A DNA stretch of 64,000 nt from Podarcis bocagei. Taxonomy: Eukaryota. The notes below the pieces were generated by a model, which saw only the letters and a program-made list of their open reading frames with translations, did no database searches and was not told where the DNA came from. Location of the stretch: NCBI GenBank assembly GCA_964188305.1, contig OZ076895.1. One strand, written 5' to 3'. Position numbers and translations under genes: made by a program. Positions 26,101-37,576 of this stretch are shown here, one piece after another (the first letter of the stretch is position 1; each line of letters starts with the position of its first letter).

Positions 26101-27473
26101 CATTGTTTATCTCCTTTGATTCAAGCCTAAAGAGGTGGGGGATGAAGACTTCCTGGAGATGGAGTTTCTGCAGTTGGTCCATTAGATTGAAATTAAGAGT
26201 TGGCTAGTGCTAAGAAAAATATACTTTCGAGTAAGATTTGGCAGGACAAGGATTTGCTTAACATAATTCAGAGCTTGCATTTCCAGTTTATGGTTCTATA
26301 GTATGCATGGAGTCCCGAGGCAATAAGATGCCTTAAAGTAATACATTGGTTCTTCTTAGAGGAAAAATGAGAACTTTGACCAGCAGCCAAAAATTTGTCC
26401 AGTGATTTCAAGTCAATATATAAAATTCAGCCTCTGTCCCTGTTCTCTTCGACTCCTTGCACCCTGCTTCCCAATATCATGTCTTTAGGTCCCTTGCCTG
26501 TCCATTTCTGCTGCCAACAACACATGTATTTTCCTGTCATCAAGGCCCAAGATTGAGAGGTTTTTTCCTACGGTAACTATCTCTCTCTATTCTGCTAAAG
26601 TGCATTGCTGCTAATGTTCTCATTGTTGCTAACAACATTCTTCTAAACAATTAGAATGTTTATGAACATCCTATTACCTCACAAGCTCAGCAAGTTTCTT
26701 ATAGGAGAAGGTAGTGATAGCTGTTCATGCTCTAGCCCTTATACTGAGAAACAGAACCTAGTATGTAGCAATACAGAAAGGGACAATCTTGATTCTAAAT
26801 AAATGGAGCAAGGATAGCAAACGTGGTACAATCCAGATATTGTCGCACTACGACTCACAGTATTTTTGACCAGTGGCCATGGTGACTGGGGCTAATGGGG
26901 GTTGAAGTCTTAACAATATCAGGAAGACACTGTGTTGGCTAACCCTGAACTCCATCAAAGGTGTGGAGCAGATTTAACCTCTTCCTCAGTGTTTCCTGAG
27001 TGAACCCCCTTAATTCTAAATTAGTATGTAAGAGCCATTCACTGCTATTGAGTAAAGCACTGCACTAAGGGAGCCAAACTTGTCCTACACTATTGATACC
27101 TAATGAGCTGTTCCTCTAAAACTGGGGTTTTTCATGCAAGCCAAGTGTGGATTTGTGCACAAAGTACACAGCAATGTTTGTGCATGCACATGTACACAAA
27201 TACACAATCCTTCCAGTGCACAAGCCCTCCCTTCGTACTGCTAAAGAGCTGGAACATGGAGACAAGTGGAAGAGAACCCAAACTGTTAAATCCATATCAA
27301 AAAAAATTCCAGGGGTTGATTTTCAACTTTAAGAATACCCCACAGAAATAAATATGCATCCACTGTATTTTGTTAATACCTGATCAGTGAGAATGATGTG
27401 TAGCTCTCTTGTTCGTGGTATATTTCTAATGTTGCTTCTGTACTGAATCTGTTGTCCCACCTTTATTCTGCAA

Positions 27474-27479
27474 AATAAA
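27474..27479 (+). terminator. Candidate distal polyadenylation signal of the short MICAL3 isoform
   Basis: AATAAA after U/GU-rich sequence typical of 3' UTR ends, at the border between the repeat-poor and repeat-rich parts of the intron; other AATAAA at 20268, 22903, 26041, 26798 and 27347. Confidence 0.4.
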
Positions 27480-27480
27480 G

Positions 27481-28070
27481 GCCACATGGGAGCATATTCA
27501 TCCAGTGCTTTTCAAGCTGCACTGGCTCCCGGTGGAATACAGGGTCAGATTTAAGGTGCTGCTTTTGACCTTTAAAGCCCTTCACGGCCTAGGACCCTCG
27601 TACCTACGGGACCGCCTCGCCTGGTATGCCCCACGGAGAGCCTCAAGGTCCATAAATAACAACACCCTAGTGGTCCCAGGCCCTAAGGAAGTTAGATTGG
27701 CTTCAACCAGAGCCAGGGCCTTTTCAGCACTGGCCCCAACTTGGTGGAACGCTCTGTCTCATGAGACCAGGGCCCTGCGGGATCTGATCTCTTTCCGCAG
27801 GGCCTGTAAGACAGAGTTGTTCCGCCTGGCCTTTGGATTGGAGCCAATTTGATTCCCTCCGTCCCCCTTTTCCTTTTTCCTTTTTTCTTTTCCTTCTCCT
27901 GCAATGAGGCTCCATTTTAATATTTTAATGTTCCATTATTTTAATGTATTTTATTTTTGTTTTTAAGTTGTAATCACTCATCTTGTTTTTATTATTGCTT
28001 GTAAGCCGCTCTGAGCCCGGCCTTGGCTGGGGAGGGCGGGGTATAAATAAAAATTTATTATTATTATTAT
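27481..28070 (+). mobile_element. L2-type LINE 3' fragment (RT C-terminus, 3' UTR, (TTA)n tail)
   Basis: ORF 27505..27852 LHWLPVEYRVRFKVLLLTFKALHGLGPSYLRD..RAFSALAPTWWNAL is the typical L2-clade ORF2 end; terminal gggcggggtataaataaa plus (tta)n. Confidence 0.9.
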
Positions 28071-28724
28071 AAAACAGATAATAATTTTATCACGGTGGCA
28101 ACTCTTTGTATTTCTCAAACATGGCAAGGCTGCCAGAGTTCAGGAATGAACTGGTTTTGGCAGTGGTCAGCTTTGGAAGGGGTTTCTTTAAAATATTATT
28201 GGTTCAGCTCACTCTCGAGACAGTGGGAGAATTTCATAGTACTAGTTTTTCTTTGCAAATTTGCAAACTAATTAAATGAACACTGGAAATCTTTTCTCTT
28301 TGTCATGCACTCCTTGTCATTGAAAGTAATAGCAATAAAAGGAACGTGGGAGGCCTTGAGAACACTGAACTCCTAAAACACCTCTGGTTCTGGATGGTAA
28401 AATAGTTTGCACCTTGAATAAATAGCATTGCTTTGCCAAGTGCTACAGAAGCCAGCAATAAAGCCAGATACTTTCTTCCTTCGCTTCATCTGAATATTCA
28501 GCTAACAAATCGGCTTGATTAAATACTATGCACTTAGCACTAGACTTGCTGAGCTTCATGATAAACATTGACAGTGTGTACCTCCATTGTGCACATAGTA
28601 GAATGTGGTATGTTATCTCCTTTGCATCTGCAATCATATTCAAGATCCTCAGCATGTTGCTTAAAATTGTCTGTATCCAACTAGACCATAGACAGCATCC
28701 TTATGATAAATCAGATCATATAAT

Positions 28725-28895
28725 TGATTGTAGAGTTGGATGTGATCCCAAGGGTCATCTAGTCCAACCCTTGCAATGCAGGAATCTCAACTAAAGCATC
28801 CATGACAGAAAGCCATCCAACCTGTGCTTAAAAACCTCCAAGGAAGGGGAGTCCACACTGTCAAACAGCTCTTACTGTCAGAATATTCTTCCAGA
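28725..28895 (-). mobile_element. CR1 LINE 3' end fragment
   Basis: tagagttgga..cccaagggtcatctagtccaaccc..aacctgtgcttaaaaacctccaaggaaggggagtccac resembles the starts of the 36370 and 45445 CR1 copies. Confidence 0.8.
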
Positions 28896-28920
28896 TTATC
28901 TGGCTCAGTATTGCCTATAC

Positions 28921-29058
28921 CAGAGATGGGGAAAATGTGATCCTCCAACTGTTGCTGGACTCTCTTCCATGATCCCCACTCAGCATGGTCTGTGGTCAAG
29001 GATGATGGGAGCTGGAGTCCAGTAACATATGGAGGGCCACAGTTTCCTCCATCCTTGT
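28921..29058. mobile_element. Short non-autonomous DNA transposon (MITE-like); related copies near 6680-6750, 26810-26946, 34240-34365 and 54538-54650
   Basis: Imperfect terminal inverted repeats around tgttgctggact..gatgatgggagctggagtccagtaacat; similar internal motifs recur across the window. Confidence 0.55.
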
Positions 29059-29729
29059 TATGTCTGTTTCACACATAACAGACTTGGGAATTGGTCCAAA
29101 ACTAACAAAATGAATTTCAATGTAAGGTTCTACACTTAGGCAGGAAGAACCAGCATGCCCTATATAAGATAGGCAAGTAGTCCAGCTTGCTAGCTTTCAT
29201 TTCTTTTCCTCTCAGCTTCATAAGCTTACAGCCACCTCCATGGAACAGGGGCTTCGAAAGATAGAGCCACAACTATAGTTAGTGAATTCAGACAACATGC
29301 CAAACCACAGTTTGCTAAGCCCACCACAAAACACAGTTTGCAAACCCAAGCCAAGCCATGGATTCTGATTCTGAGTGTGGGCCAGTTGCAAAACCAGAAG
29401 AATCTGCCTTATACCAGGTCAAGACTATTTGTCCATCTAGCCCTGTATTGTATACTGCGGTTGATGGGAGGTCTTGCCCATCACCTGCCATCTGATGTTT
29501 TTAAGTGGAGATGCCAGGAATTCTAAATTCAAAGCATGTTCTCTACCACTGAGCTATGGTGCTTCCCAATTCAACTTGAGCCAGTATGGAAATAAGTTTG
29601 TATTAGGCATGCTTTAAGTTGCTAATTTGAAAAACTAAACTTGCATGATGAACCATCAGTGCTATTAGAAATATATGGAATCCCCTTTTATTTAGTATTG
29701 TCAGCTTTTATAGCTTCACTCTCCACCCT

Positions 29730-29974
29730 GGAGAGCCAGTGTGGTGTAGTGGTTAAGAGCGATAGACTTGTAATCTGGGGAACTGGGTTCGCTTCCCCGC
29801 TCCTCCACATGCAGCTGCTGGGTGACCTTGGGCTAGTCACACTTCTTTGGAGTGTCTCAGCCCCACTCACCTCACAGAGTGTTTGTTGTGGGGAGGAAGG
29901 GAAAGGAGAATGTTAGCCGCTTTGAGACTCCTTCGGGTAGTGATAAAGCGGGATATCAAATCCAAACTCTTCTT
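29730..29974 (+). mobile_element. tRNA-derived squamate SINE (Squam3-like)
   Basis: Head gagagccagtgtggtgtagtggttaagagc (A box), gggttcgcttccc (B box), gggtgaccttgggctagtcac core, L2-like end gccgctttgagactccttcgggtagtgataaagcgggatat with ctt tail. Confidence 0.85.
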
Positions 29975-30335
29975 GTTCATGAGAGTGCCTGAGGCAAGAT
30001 TTGAAACACACAAACTTCTATGAATAAAAATTAACTTTTTCTACAATCCTTCCTTGTCTCCTCCTTCCTCTCCCTTTTCTGTCATAAAAAGCCTAGTGAT
30101 CCAAACAGAAGATCTGGGATAACCATCTAAACACATAACACATAAAGGGGAAAGATCTGCAGGTATTAAGATGGATACATCACAAACTATAGGGAAGGCC
30201 CTTCACACTGTGGCACATAAACCTTTTCCTTGCAGCTGCATCCCTTGCTGCCACCATAAAATTTGAAATACAAGCACTACTTTCTCACTTCTTTAATGTG
30301 CTCTTCTGCAGAAAAGTGTGCAAGGAGCTCTATAC

Positions 30336-30587
30336 CAGGGATCAGCAAACTTTTTCAGCAGGGGGCCGGTCCACTGTCCCTCAGACCTTGTGGGGGGGCT
30401 AGACTATATCTTTTGCGGGGGAAACGAACGAATTCCTATGCCCCACAAATAACCCAGAGATGCATTTTAAATAAAAGGACACATTCTACTCATGTAAAAA
30501 CACGCTGATTCCCAGACCGTCCGTGGGCCAGATTTAGAAGGTGATTGGGCTGGATCCAGCCCCCGGGCCTTAGTTTGCCTACCCATG
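30336..30587. mobile_element. hAT-family MITE with perfect 8-bp TSD CTCTATAC
   Basis: Termini cagggatcagcaaact / agtttgcctacccatg are imperfect inverted repeats; CTCTATAC at 30328-30335 and 30588-30595. Confidence 0.9.
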
Positions 30588-32014
30588 CTCTATACATTCA
30601 AATCAAGATGCACCCCACCACGAGGCAATGGTTTTATGTTTATAACATACTTCTCCTGCTTCGACATTTCAAAACATCTTGCCAGAAATATCAGCTTCAC
30701 CTAAAAAAAATGCAACCCAAAACCTGCCATAAAACATACAAAAAGAAGAGAAATAAAATCAGCAGCATGAGCAAAGCACGTATCAGCCGCAAGTAACCTC
30801 TACTTCATCTGCAAACCCCCTGAAATAAAAGTTTTTACAGAATAGCAAGAGATCAAGAGTCGGGGCCAAATGAACATCTGGGAAAGAGAATTCCAAAGCC
30901 TGACTTCAGTAGCCCTCCCCTACATACACACCCATCTAACCTGAGAAGAACACACTGAGTCAGACCATTCTTAGCTCCATCTGGCTCAGAAATTTCTGGC
31001 AATGCTACTGTATGGTTGTGGATGGGGGTCTTTCCCAGTCTTACATATAAATGCCAGGGATTGAACCCGTAACCTTCTGTATGCCAGAGCTATGGCTGAG
31101 CCTATGGCCTCTCTGAAAAGACAGCAGGACAGAGCTTGGGACTCAGCTGAAGACCTAAGTGAGAAAGTAGGTTTCATATGTGCAAAGGCAGTTCTTAAGG
31201 CATCTTCCACCCCAGGTCATGTAAGGTTTCAAATGCACTTGGAATTGGGTTTATATAAGGTTTATCAGCACTTGGAATTGGGCCCAGAAGCAATTATGGA
31301 GCCAGTTAAGTTAGTTTTGGAATCCACATTCCTCCTATAGACAAGGCTGTTTTGATAACCTGCGCCAGTATCAAAAATACATCCTATGAATTAATACAGC
31401 AAAATGAATTAATACAGTGAATTAAAACAACGAAGAAACAGCCATAGATAAAGTTTGTATTGTATCCAGAATATAGCAACTTCCCCGTGTTTCTAGTTTG
31501 TCACAAATATGTGTGTGAACAGTCATATAGGTACTGTAGTTAATAGAGTAACACACACACAGTCTTAAGGATATAGATATGCATTATGGTGCAGTATATT
31601 TACTTTAAACTCTTTTAATATTTAAAAAAACTCAGAGCAACAATAAAGCAGCATCATAAAAAACAGATGCAAACATAAAAACAGCAAAACAGTGCTAATG
31701 GCTTCCACTTCTCATATTCTACTGAGGCTAAAAGGCTCGTGCCTGGGACTAGGCCAGAGGGAGAGAGCTGAACCAGCATAGGGTGGTTGCTAGGCAACCG
31801 GTGATATTCATTCTCTAGTACTTCTCCCATGCTTTGTAAACAGGCCTTGTGCTAAACTGTTTTTGGGGAGACAAGGGACAGATAGGATAAGATGGGGCAG
31901 AATGTAAAGGTTGCCAAGTTCCTGGATATTTTTTTAAAAATCTGGTGTCTAGAAACTCAACTCATCAATTTAAAGGTACAGACACTAGATTTCAAACTCT
32001 GCTTAAAGTAACTA

Positions 32015-32907
32015 CAGTGGTGCCCCGCTAGACGAACGCCTCGCAAGACGGAAAACCCGCTAGACGAAAGGGTTTTCCGTTTTGGAGGCGCTTCGCAAAA
32101 CGAATTTCCCTATGGGCTTCCTTCGCAAGACGAAAGCCCATAGGGAAATCTCCGGGACAGCGGGGAAGCGCAGCGCTTCTTCCCCACTGTCCTCGGACCT
32201 CCTCCGAAGGCTGGCGGTGGGGCGGAAAGCCCTTCTTCCCCACGCCAGCCTTCGGAAGGCTCCTCCGAAGGCTGGCGGTGGGGCGGAAAGCCCTTCTCCC
32301 CGTGCCAGCCTTCGGAAGGCTCCTCCGAAGGCTGGCGGTGGGGCGGAAAGCCCTTCTTCCCGCGCCAGCCTTCGGAAGGCTCCTCCGAAGGCTGGCGGTG
32401 GGGCGGAAAGCCCTTCTCCCCGCGCCAGCCTTCGGAAGGCTCCTCCGAAGGCTGGTGGTGGGGAGAAAAGCCCTTCTCCCCGCGCCAGCCTTCGGAAGGC
32501 TGCTCCGAAGGCTGGCGGTGGGGCGGAAAGCCCTTCTCCCCACCCCAGCCTTCGGATGGCTGTCCTGAAGACTTGCGGTGGGAGGAGGGTTTTCCTTCCC
32601 ACCGCCAACATTCAGAATGCTGTTCTGAATGTTGGCGGTGGGGAGGAAAAACCCTCCTCCCACGCAAGCCCCGGGAACAGAGGAGAAGCGCTGCGCCCCT
32701 TCCCCTCTGTTCCCGTACCTGTCCTGAAGGCTTGCGGTGGGGAGAAAAGCCCTTCTCCGCACCGCCAGCCTGGCAAGCGGTTTCCATAGGAACGCATTAA
32801 TTGATTTTCAGTGCATTCCTATGGGAAACCGTGCTTCGCAAGACGAAAAACTCGCAAGTAGAAAAAACTTGCGGAACGAATTAATTTCGTCTTGCGAGGC
32901 ACCACTG
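32015..32907. mobile_element. Tc1/mariner (Tigger/pogo-like) MITE carrying an internal minisatellite
   Basis: TA|cagtggtgccccgc...gcgaggcaccactg|TA terminal inverted repeats with TA duplication; repeated subterminal cgcaagacgaa motifs. Confidence 0.9.
32199..32775. repeat. 60-bp GC-rich minisatellite (about 6 near-identical units plus degenerate units), each unit with a 13-bp hairpin
   Basis: Successive 60-nt lines from 32221 to 32521 are nearly identical; the unit contains gccagccttcgga-N7-tccgaaggctggc. Confidence 0.95.
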
Positions 32908-34609
32908 TAATTGACTCTGCAATCCTACATACATTTAACTGGGAATAAGCCAGATTTAACTCAGTGGAACTTACTTCTGAGTAGACGTACATAGGGCTAT
33001 GCCATTAGTATTACAACTGCTGAATGCCCTTCAGAGGGCGAGGGCGCCAGAAGTTGAGGCTTTTGACACACCTTTTTCCATCTGGGGTAAGTTATAATGT
33101 AAAACAGGGGCATCCATTTTCTTCTGTTGAGCATAGCCTCTCATTCTGCAAAGGTTGGTCTGCAGGGGCCAGAGAGGTGTATAGCCACACAGGAGCCAGG
33201 ATGAATAATACAATTGCTGTCTTCTAGCACAGCAGTGGGCAGAATTATCCTACTGGTAGATCTCTGGGTAATTTCAATCCGATCTTACTTCAACAACAAA
33301 AATGCTACCCCCTGCTAAATTATACTGGTGAAATGAAGGAACTGTGTTGCAGAAGTGGGGATACTTTTGGGTGGAACGACTTATGACTCAGTCCAGTTCT
33401 TTCATCATCACTATCGTTTTATGTTATTAGTAAGTATTTGTCAAAATAAAAGCAATTACTGGAGAAAACATCTCTAAATGTCCAGAGTTGATGCTGCTCA
33501 GCCTTTTCATGGGAGAAAATATTAACTTACAGCTCAAACCTCTAATAAGTTCTCTTTTACTAGCATAGCAGACAGACTCATAATAACGAGATACTGGAAA
33601 AACTGACTAACAAAATAAAATTGCACAAGGTTTGAAGCTCAAAGACTCATTTGCAACTGAATGGTACAGCTTTGTTATGTACATGTCTCCCCTCGCATTA
33701 TAAAACCTTCCAGTTAACATAAATTATTTATCACCTTCTATACAAATGGTAGTCTGGAATAAGAACTTATTATGTCATTTGGATGTTATTTTGCACGTAT
33801 TGCCTATACACCATCTTCTGGACTCAGTCCAGTTCAAAACAAATTCCTGGGTTCAACATTTTTATTACAGTATTATTTTATTTTAGTGTATATATTTCAC
33901 ACAAGGCTTGGTGGATCCTGGGGTTCAAATAAAAATACAAAATATATAATGCAAGCCTGACATCAGCCTAGCCCTAGCAAATAGGGGACTTTATGGTAGT
34001 CAAAGACAGGATGATGATATAGCAAAGCAGTGCTGCACATAGACCCTCTTCAGATGTTCCTAAAATCTATCCATGTGGTGATGTGTGTGCTTCCCCTCCA
34101 CACACACCTACTTACACTGAGTGGGAAGAAGAATTTCAGGAGAATTGTAAGTGTATTCAACTAAATGTGCTTGCTCCTCATTGTGATCAGGAACCCTGTG
34201 CCATCAGAATTCCCAATCACAGGGGCCAGTAGCCCCTTTACCAAGAATGGAAAACTTGTGGCTCTCCAAATGATGTTAGATTACACCTTCCACTATCCCT
34301 TACCACTGGGGCTAATGTGAGTTGTGGTACAACGAGATCTGGAGGCCACAAGTTCTCCTTCCCTGCACTACACAGATAGGCTTCAAGAAAACCCAAATAA
34401 GAACATGGCATCTCACATGTTCTGACAATCTTGCTCCTGGGTGATTCTGTGGGTACCTGAAAATAAAAGTGGTGTTTGTGTACACTAGGGGTTGGGGGAC
34501 ATTTTTCAGCCCAAGTGTTACTTATCCTTCTAGTCAACCTTCTGCAAGTTATATGCCAGTGACCGGTGTAATCAGAAGCAAAAATGGACAGAATAATTTT
34601 AACTAGGCT

Positions 34610-35065
34610 AGGCAGCTAGACTGGTGACTGGAAGTGGCTGCCGAAACCTGAAAGACCTACATTGGCTCCCAGTACGTTTCCGAGCACAATTCAAAGTGTT
34701 GGTGTTGATCTTTAAAGCCCTAAACAGCCTCAGCCCAGTATACCTGAAGGAGCGTCTCCACCCCCATCGTTCTGACCAGACGCTGAGGGCCTTCTGGCAG
34801 TTCCTTCACTGCGAGATGTGAGGTTACAGGGAACCAGGCAGAGGGCCTTTTTGGTGGTGGCGCCCACCCTGTGGAATGCCCTCCCACCAGATGTCAAGGA
34901 AATAAACAACTACCTAACTTTTAGAAGACATCTGAAAGCAGCCCTGTTTAGGGAAGTTTTTAATGTGTGATATTTTATTCTGTTTTTAATCTGTTGGCAG
35001 CTGCCCAGAGTGGCTGGGGAAACCCAGCCAGATAGGCGGGGTATAAATAAACAACAACAACAACT
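34610..35065 (+). mobile_element. L2-type LINE 3' fragment
   Basis: ORF 34624..34821 LKDLHWLPVRFRAQFKVLVLIFKALNSLSPVYLKERL; end ggcggggtataaataa with (aac)n tail. Confidence 0.88.
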
Positions 35066-36369
35066 TGGCACAGTAGTGTAGTTTTACACACATCAAACAC
35101 TCTTCTCCATCCAGGCAAATGAGTCATGAGAGTTTAACATACCAACCAGGTAAAAACATCCAAGAAAATTAAATGAGTTACAGGTGTGGTCCGGGGCGGG
35201 GGGGGGGGGAGGAGAGAATGACTGGAGAAGAGATGGTGGGCTGGTCAGAGTTCCAAGAGCTATCTCTTGGTATTGTACCTTCGTTGGGATTTGGCTCAGT
35301 TTTTTTGAAATCACAAGATGATGAAGGTGACCTTTCTCAACAAAGCTTTGTTGATTTTTATGGAATTCAATATTTTCTGGATGCCTCTGGCAACCTTACA
35401 GAATAGAATTGTGCACACTGATATTTACTTAGCTGCTATGTGTTTAAAAAGCACAATGTATTCCTGACATCTATTGACCTTTTTTAAAAAAAGAATGCCT
35501 TATGTATTCTAATTAATCAAGGGATTGGAAGCTTCTATAATGCTTCTGATGTAAATGCAGCCATTGATAGTTTTATTTGGCAGCTGCCCTGATTGAATGC
35601 ATTAGATTGGACACTTGTTGAAGCCAATGATTTCAAAGCAACATAACTTGACCGGAGTTTATCAGGTTATGATTTAGGAACACATGTGGCTCCTTTGCCA
35701 GATCATTGGTCCCTTTTGCTTAGCACTGTCTCCTCTGACAGCATCTCTTCATGGTCACAGGCAAAAAACTTTCCCATCTCACCTGCTTTCTGATCCTTTA
35801 ACTGAGGATACCAGAGATTGACCCTGGAACCATCTGCATGTGAAGCATGTGCTTTATCACTGAGCTGTAGTTCTTGTCAGCCATGGTAGAAACTGAAAAA
35901 TGCTAGCCAGTTACGGAGGTGTTTTGAGAGAAAGGAATGGAGAAACAATCATACTGTTAATTGATGATTACAGCCAAACAATGGATCACCAAGGAAAAAT
36001 ATGGAAGTTCCCTCTAACCCAAAGTATTTGTCCCCGTCCCAATGGGTGGAAAGTAGTCAATACCAGAATTGTTTAGCACAGAACTGAACATCCTGACAAT
36101 TTACTTCCAGCAGAACCTTTTGGGCTTCAAAGTATATGGGGAAAAGAGCAGTGCTTGTAAAATATTGGATTCCAGAGGTGGGACTGAGCAGGAAGCCCTG
36201 TGGTCAGTATTGTGGGGCTTCCGTTCCTGCGCCCAGCAGCACAAGCAAAACAAATAATTCAAAAGAGGGCAATATATGCAAACTAATTGTGTTTGTGCAT
36301 AGTTTTGCTCAGCATGCTACAAAATGATCCTTTTTAAAAAGCCCTGATAGGTCTGATGGGGGGGGGGGG

Positions 36370-37201
36370 GAATCATAGAATCATAGAGTTGGAATAGACC
36401 ACAAGGGCCATCGAGTCCAACCCCCTGCCAAGCAGGAAACACCATCAGAACACTCCTGACATATGGTTGTCAAGCCTCTGCTTAAAGAGCTCCAAAGAAG
36501 GAGACTCCACCACACTCCTTGGCAGCAAATTCCACTGTCGAACAGCTCTTACTGTCAGGAAGTTCTTCCTAATGTTTAGGTGGAATCTTCTTTCTTGTAG
36601 TTTGGATCCATTGCTCTGTGTCCGCTTCTCTGGAGCAGCAGAAAACAACCTTTCTCCCTCCTCTATATGACATCCTTTTATATATTTGAACATGGCTATC
36701 ATATCACCCCTTAACCTCCTCTTCTCCAGGCTAAACATGCCCAGCTCCATTAGCCATTCCTCATAAGGCATCGTTTCCAGGCCTTTGACCATTTTGGTTT
36801 CCCTCCTCTGGACACGTTCCAGTTTGTCAGTGTCCTCCTTGAACTGTGGTGCCCAGAACTGGACACAGTACTCCAGGTGAGGTCTGACCAGAGCAGAATA
36901 CAGTGGCACTATTACTTCCCTTGATCTAGATGCTATACTCCTATTGATGCAGCCCAGAATTGCATTGGCTTTTTTAGCTGCCGCGTCACACTGTTGGCTC
37001 ATGTCAAGTTTGTGGTCAACCAAGACTCCTAGATCCTTTTCACATGTACTGCTCTCAATCCAGGTGTCACCCATCTTGTATTTGTGCCTCTCAATTTTTT
37101 TGCCCAAGTGCAATACTTTACATTTCTCCCTGTTAAAGTTCATCTTGTTTGTTTTGGCCCAGCTCTCTAATCTGTCAAGGTCATTTTGAAGTGTGATCCT
37201 G
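36370..37201 (-). mobile_element. Young CR1 LINE, 5'-truncated (ORF2 C-terminal ~250 codons uninterrupted)
   Basis: ORF 36445..37221 LQNDLDRLESWAKTNKMNFNREKCKVLHLG..RPHLEYCVQFWAP..FSLEKRRLRGDMI; (GATTCTAT)n tail seen as gaatcatagaatcatag. Confidence 0.96.
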
Positions 37202-37576
37202 AAAGATCTAAGAAAATTCATTTAAGAATTCTCTTAATAGCTTTTCTTGCTTTCCTGTGACCGATCTATCAAACACAGTGGCCTGGTCTGAAGCTGCAAA
37301 GTTTGACCTGTTCACTTTGCAGTTCTGTGGTTAGATTCTCTGAGGGCTTGTTTTCTCTCTACTAAGGCTTGTCTCAGTGGCTTCCACATCAGATACCAAA
37401 TGCTGATTTCTACTTCTGATTCCCCGACTATTAATATATTCCCCGACTATAATGTATTCCCAGATTCCAAGTATAATGGCTAAAAGATTGAGCTGTGAAA
37501 AAGAATGTCCCTGGTTCCACCATGCAAGCCGTTACCTTCTCAGATCTCGCCCTACCCCACCTCCATGTCTACAGTA

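Noticed and set aside
32199-32570. CRISPR-like array of palindromic repeats
   Set aside because: The intervening segments are near-identical rather than unique spacers, there are no cas genes, and the array lies within a eukaryotic MITE; it is a minisatellite.
32028-32800. Long overlapping ORFs (183-244 aa) on both strands
   Set aside because: By-product of a GC-rich, stop-poor 60-bp repeat; translations are periodic and show no transposase or other domain.
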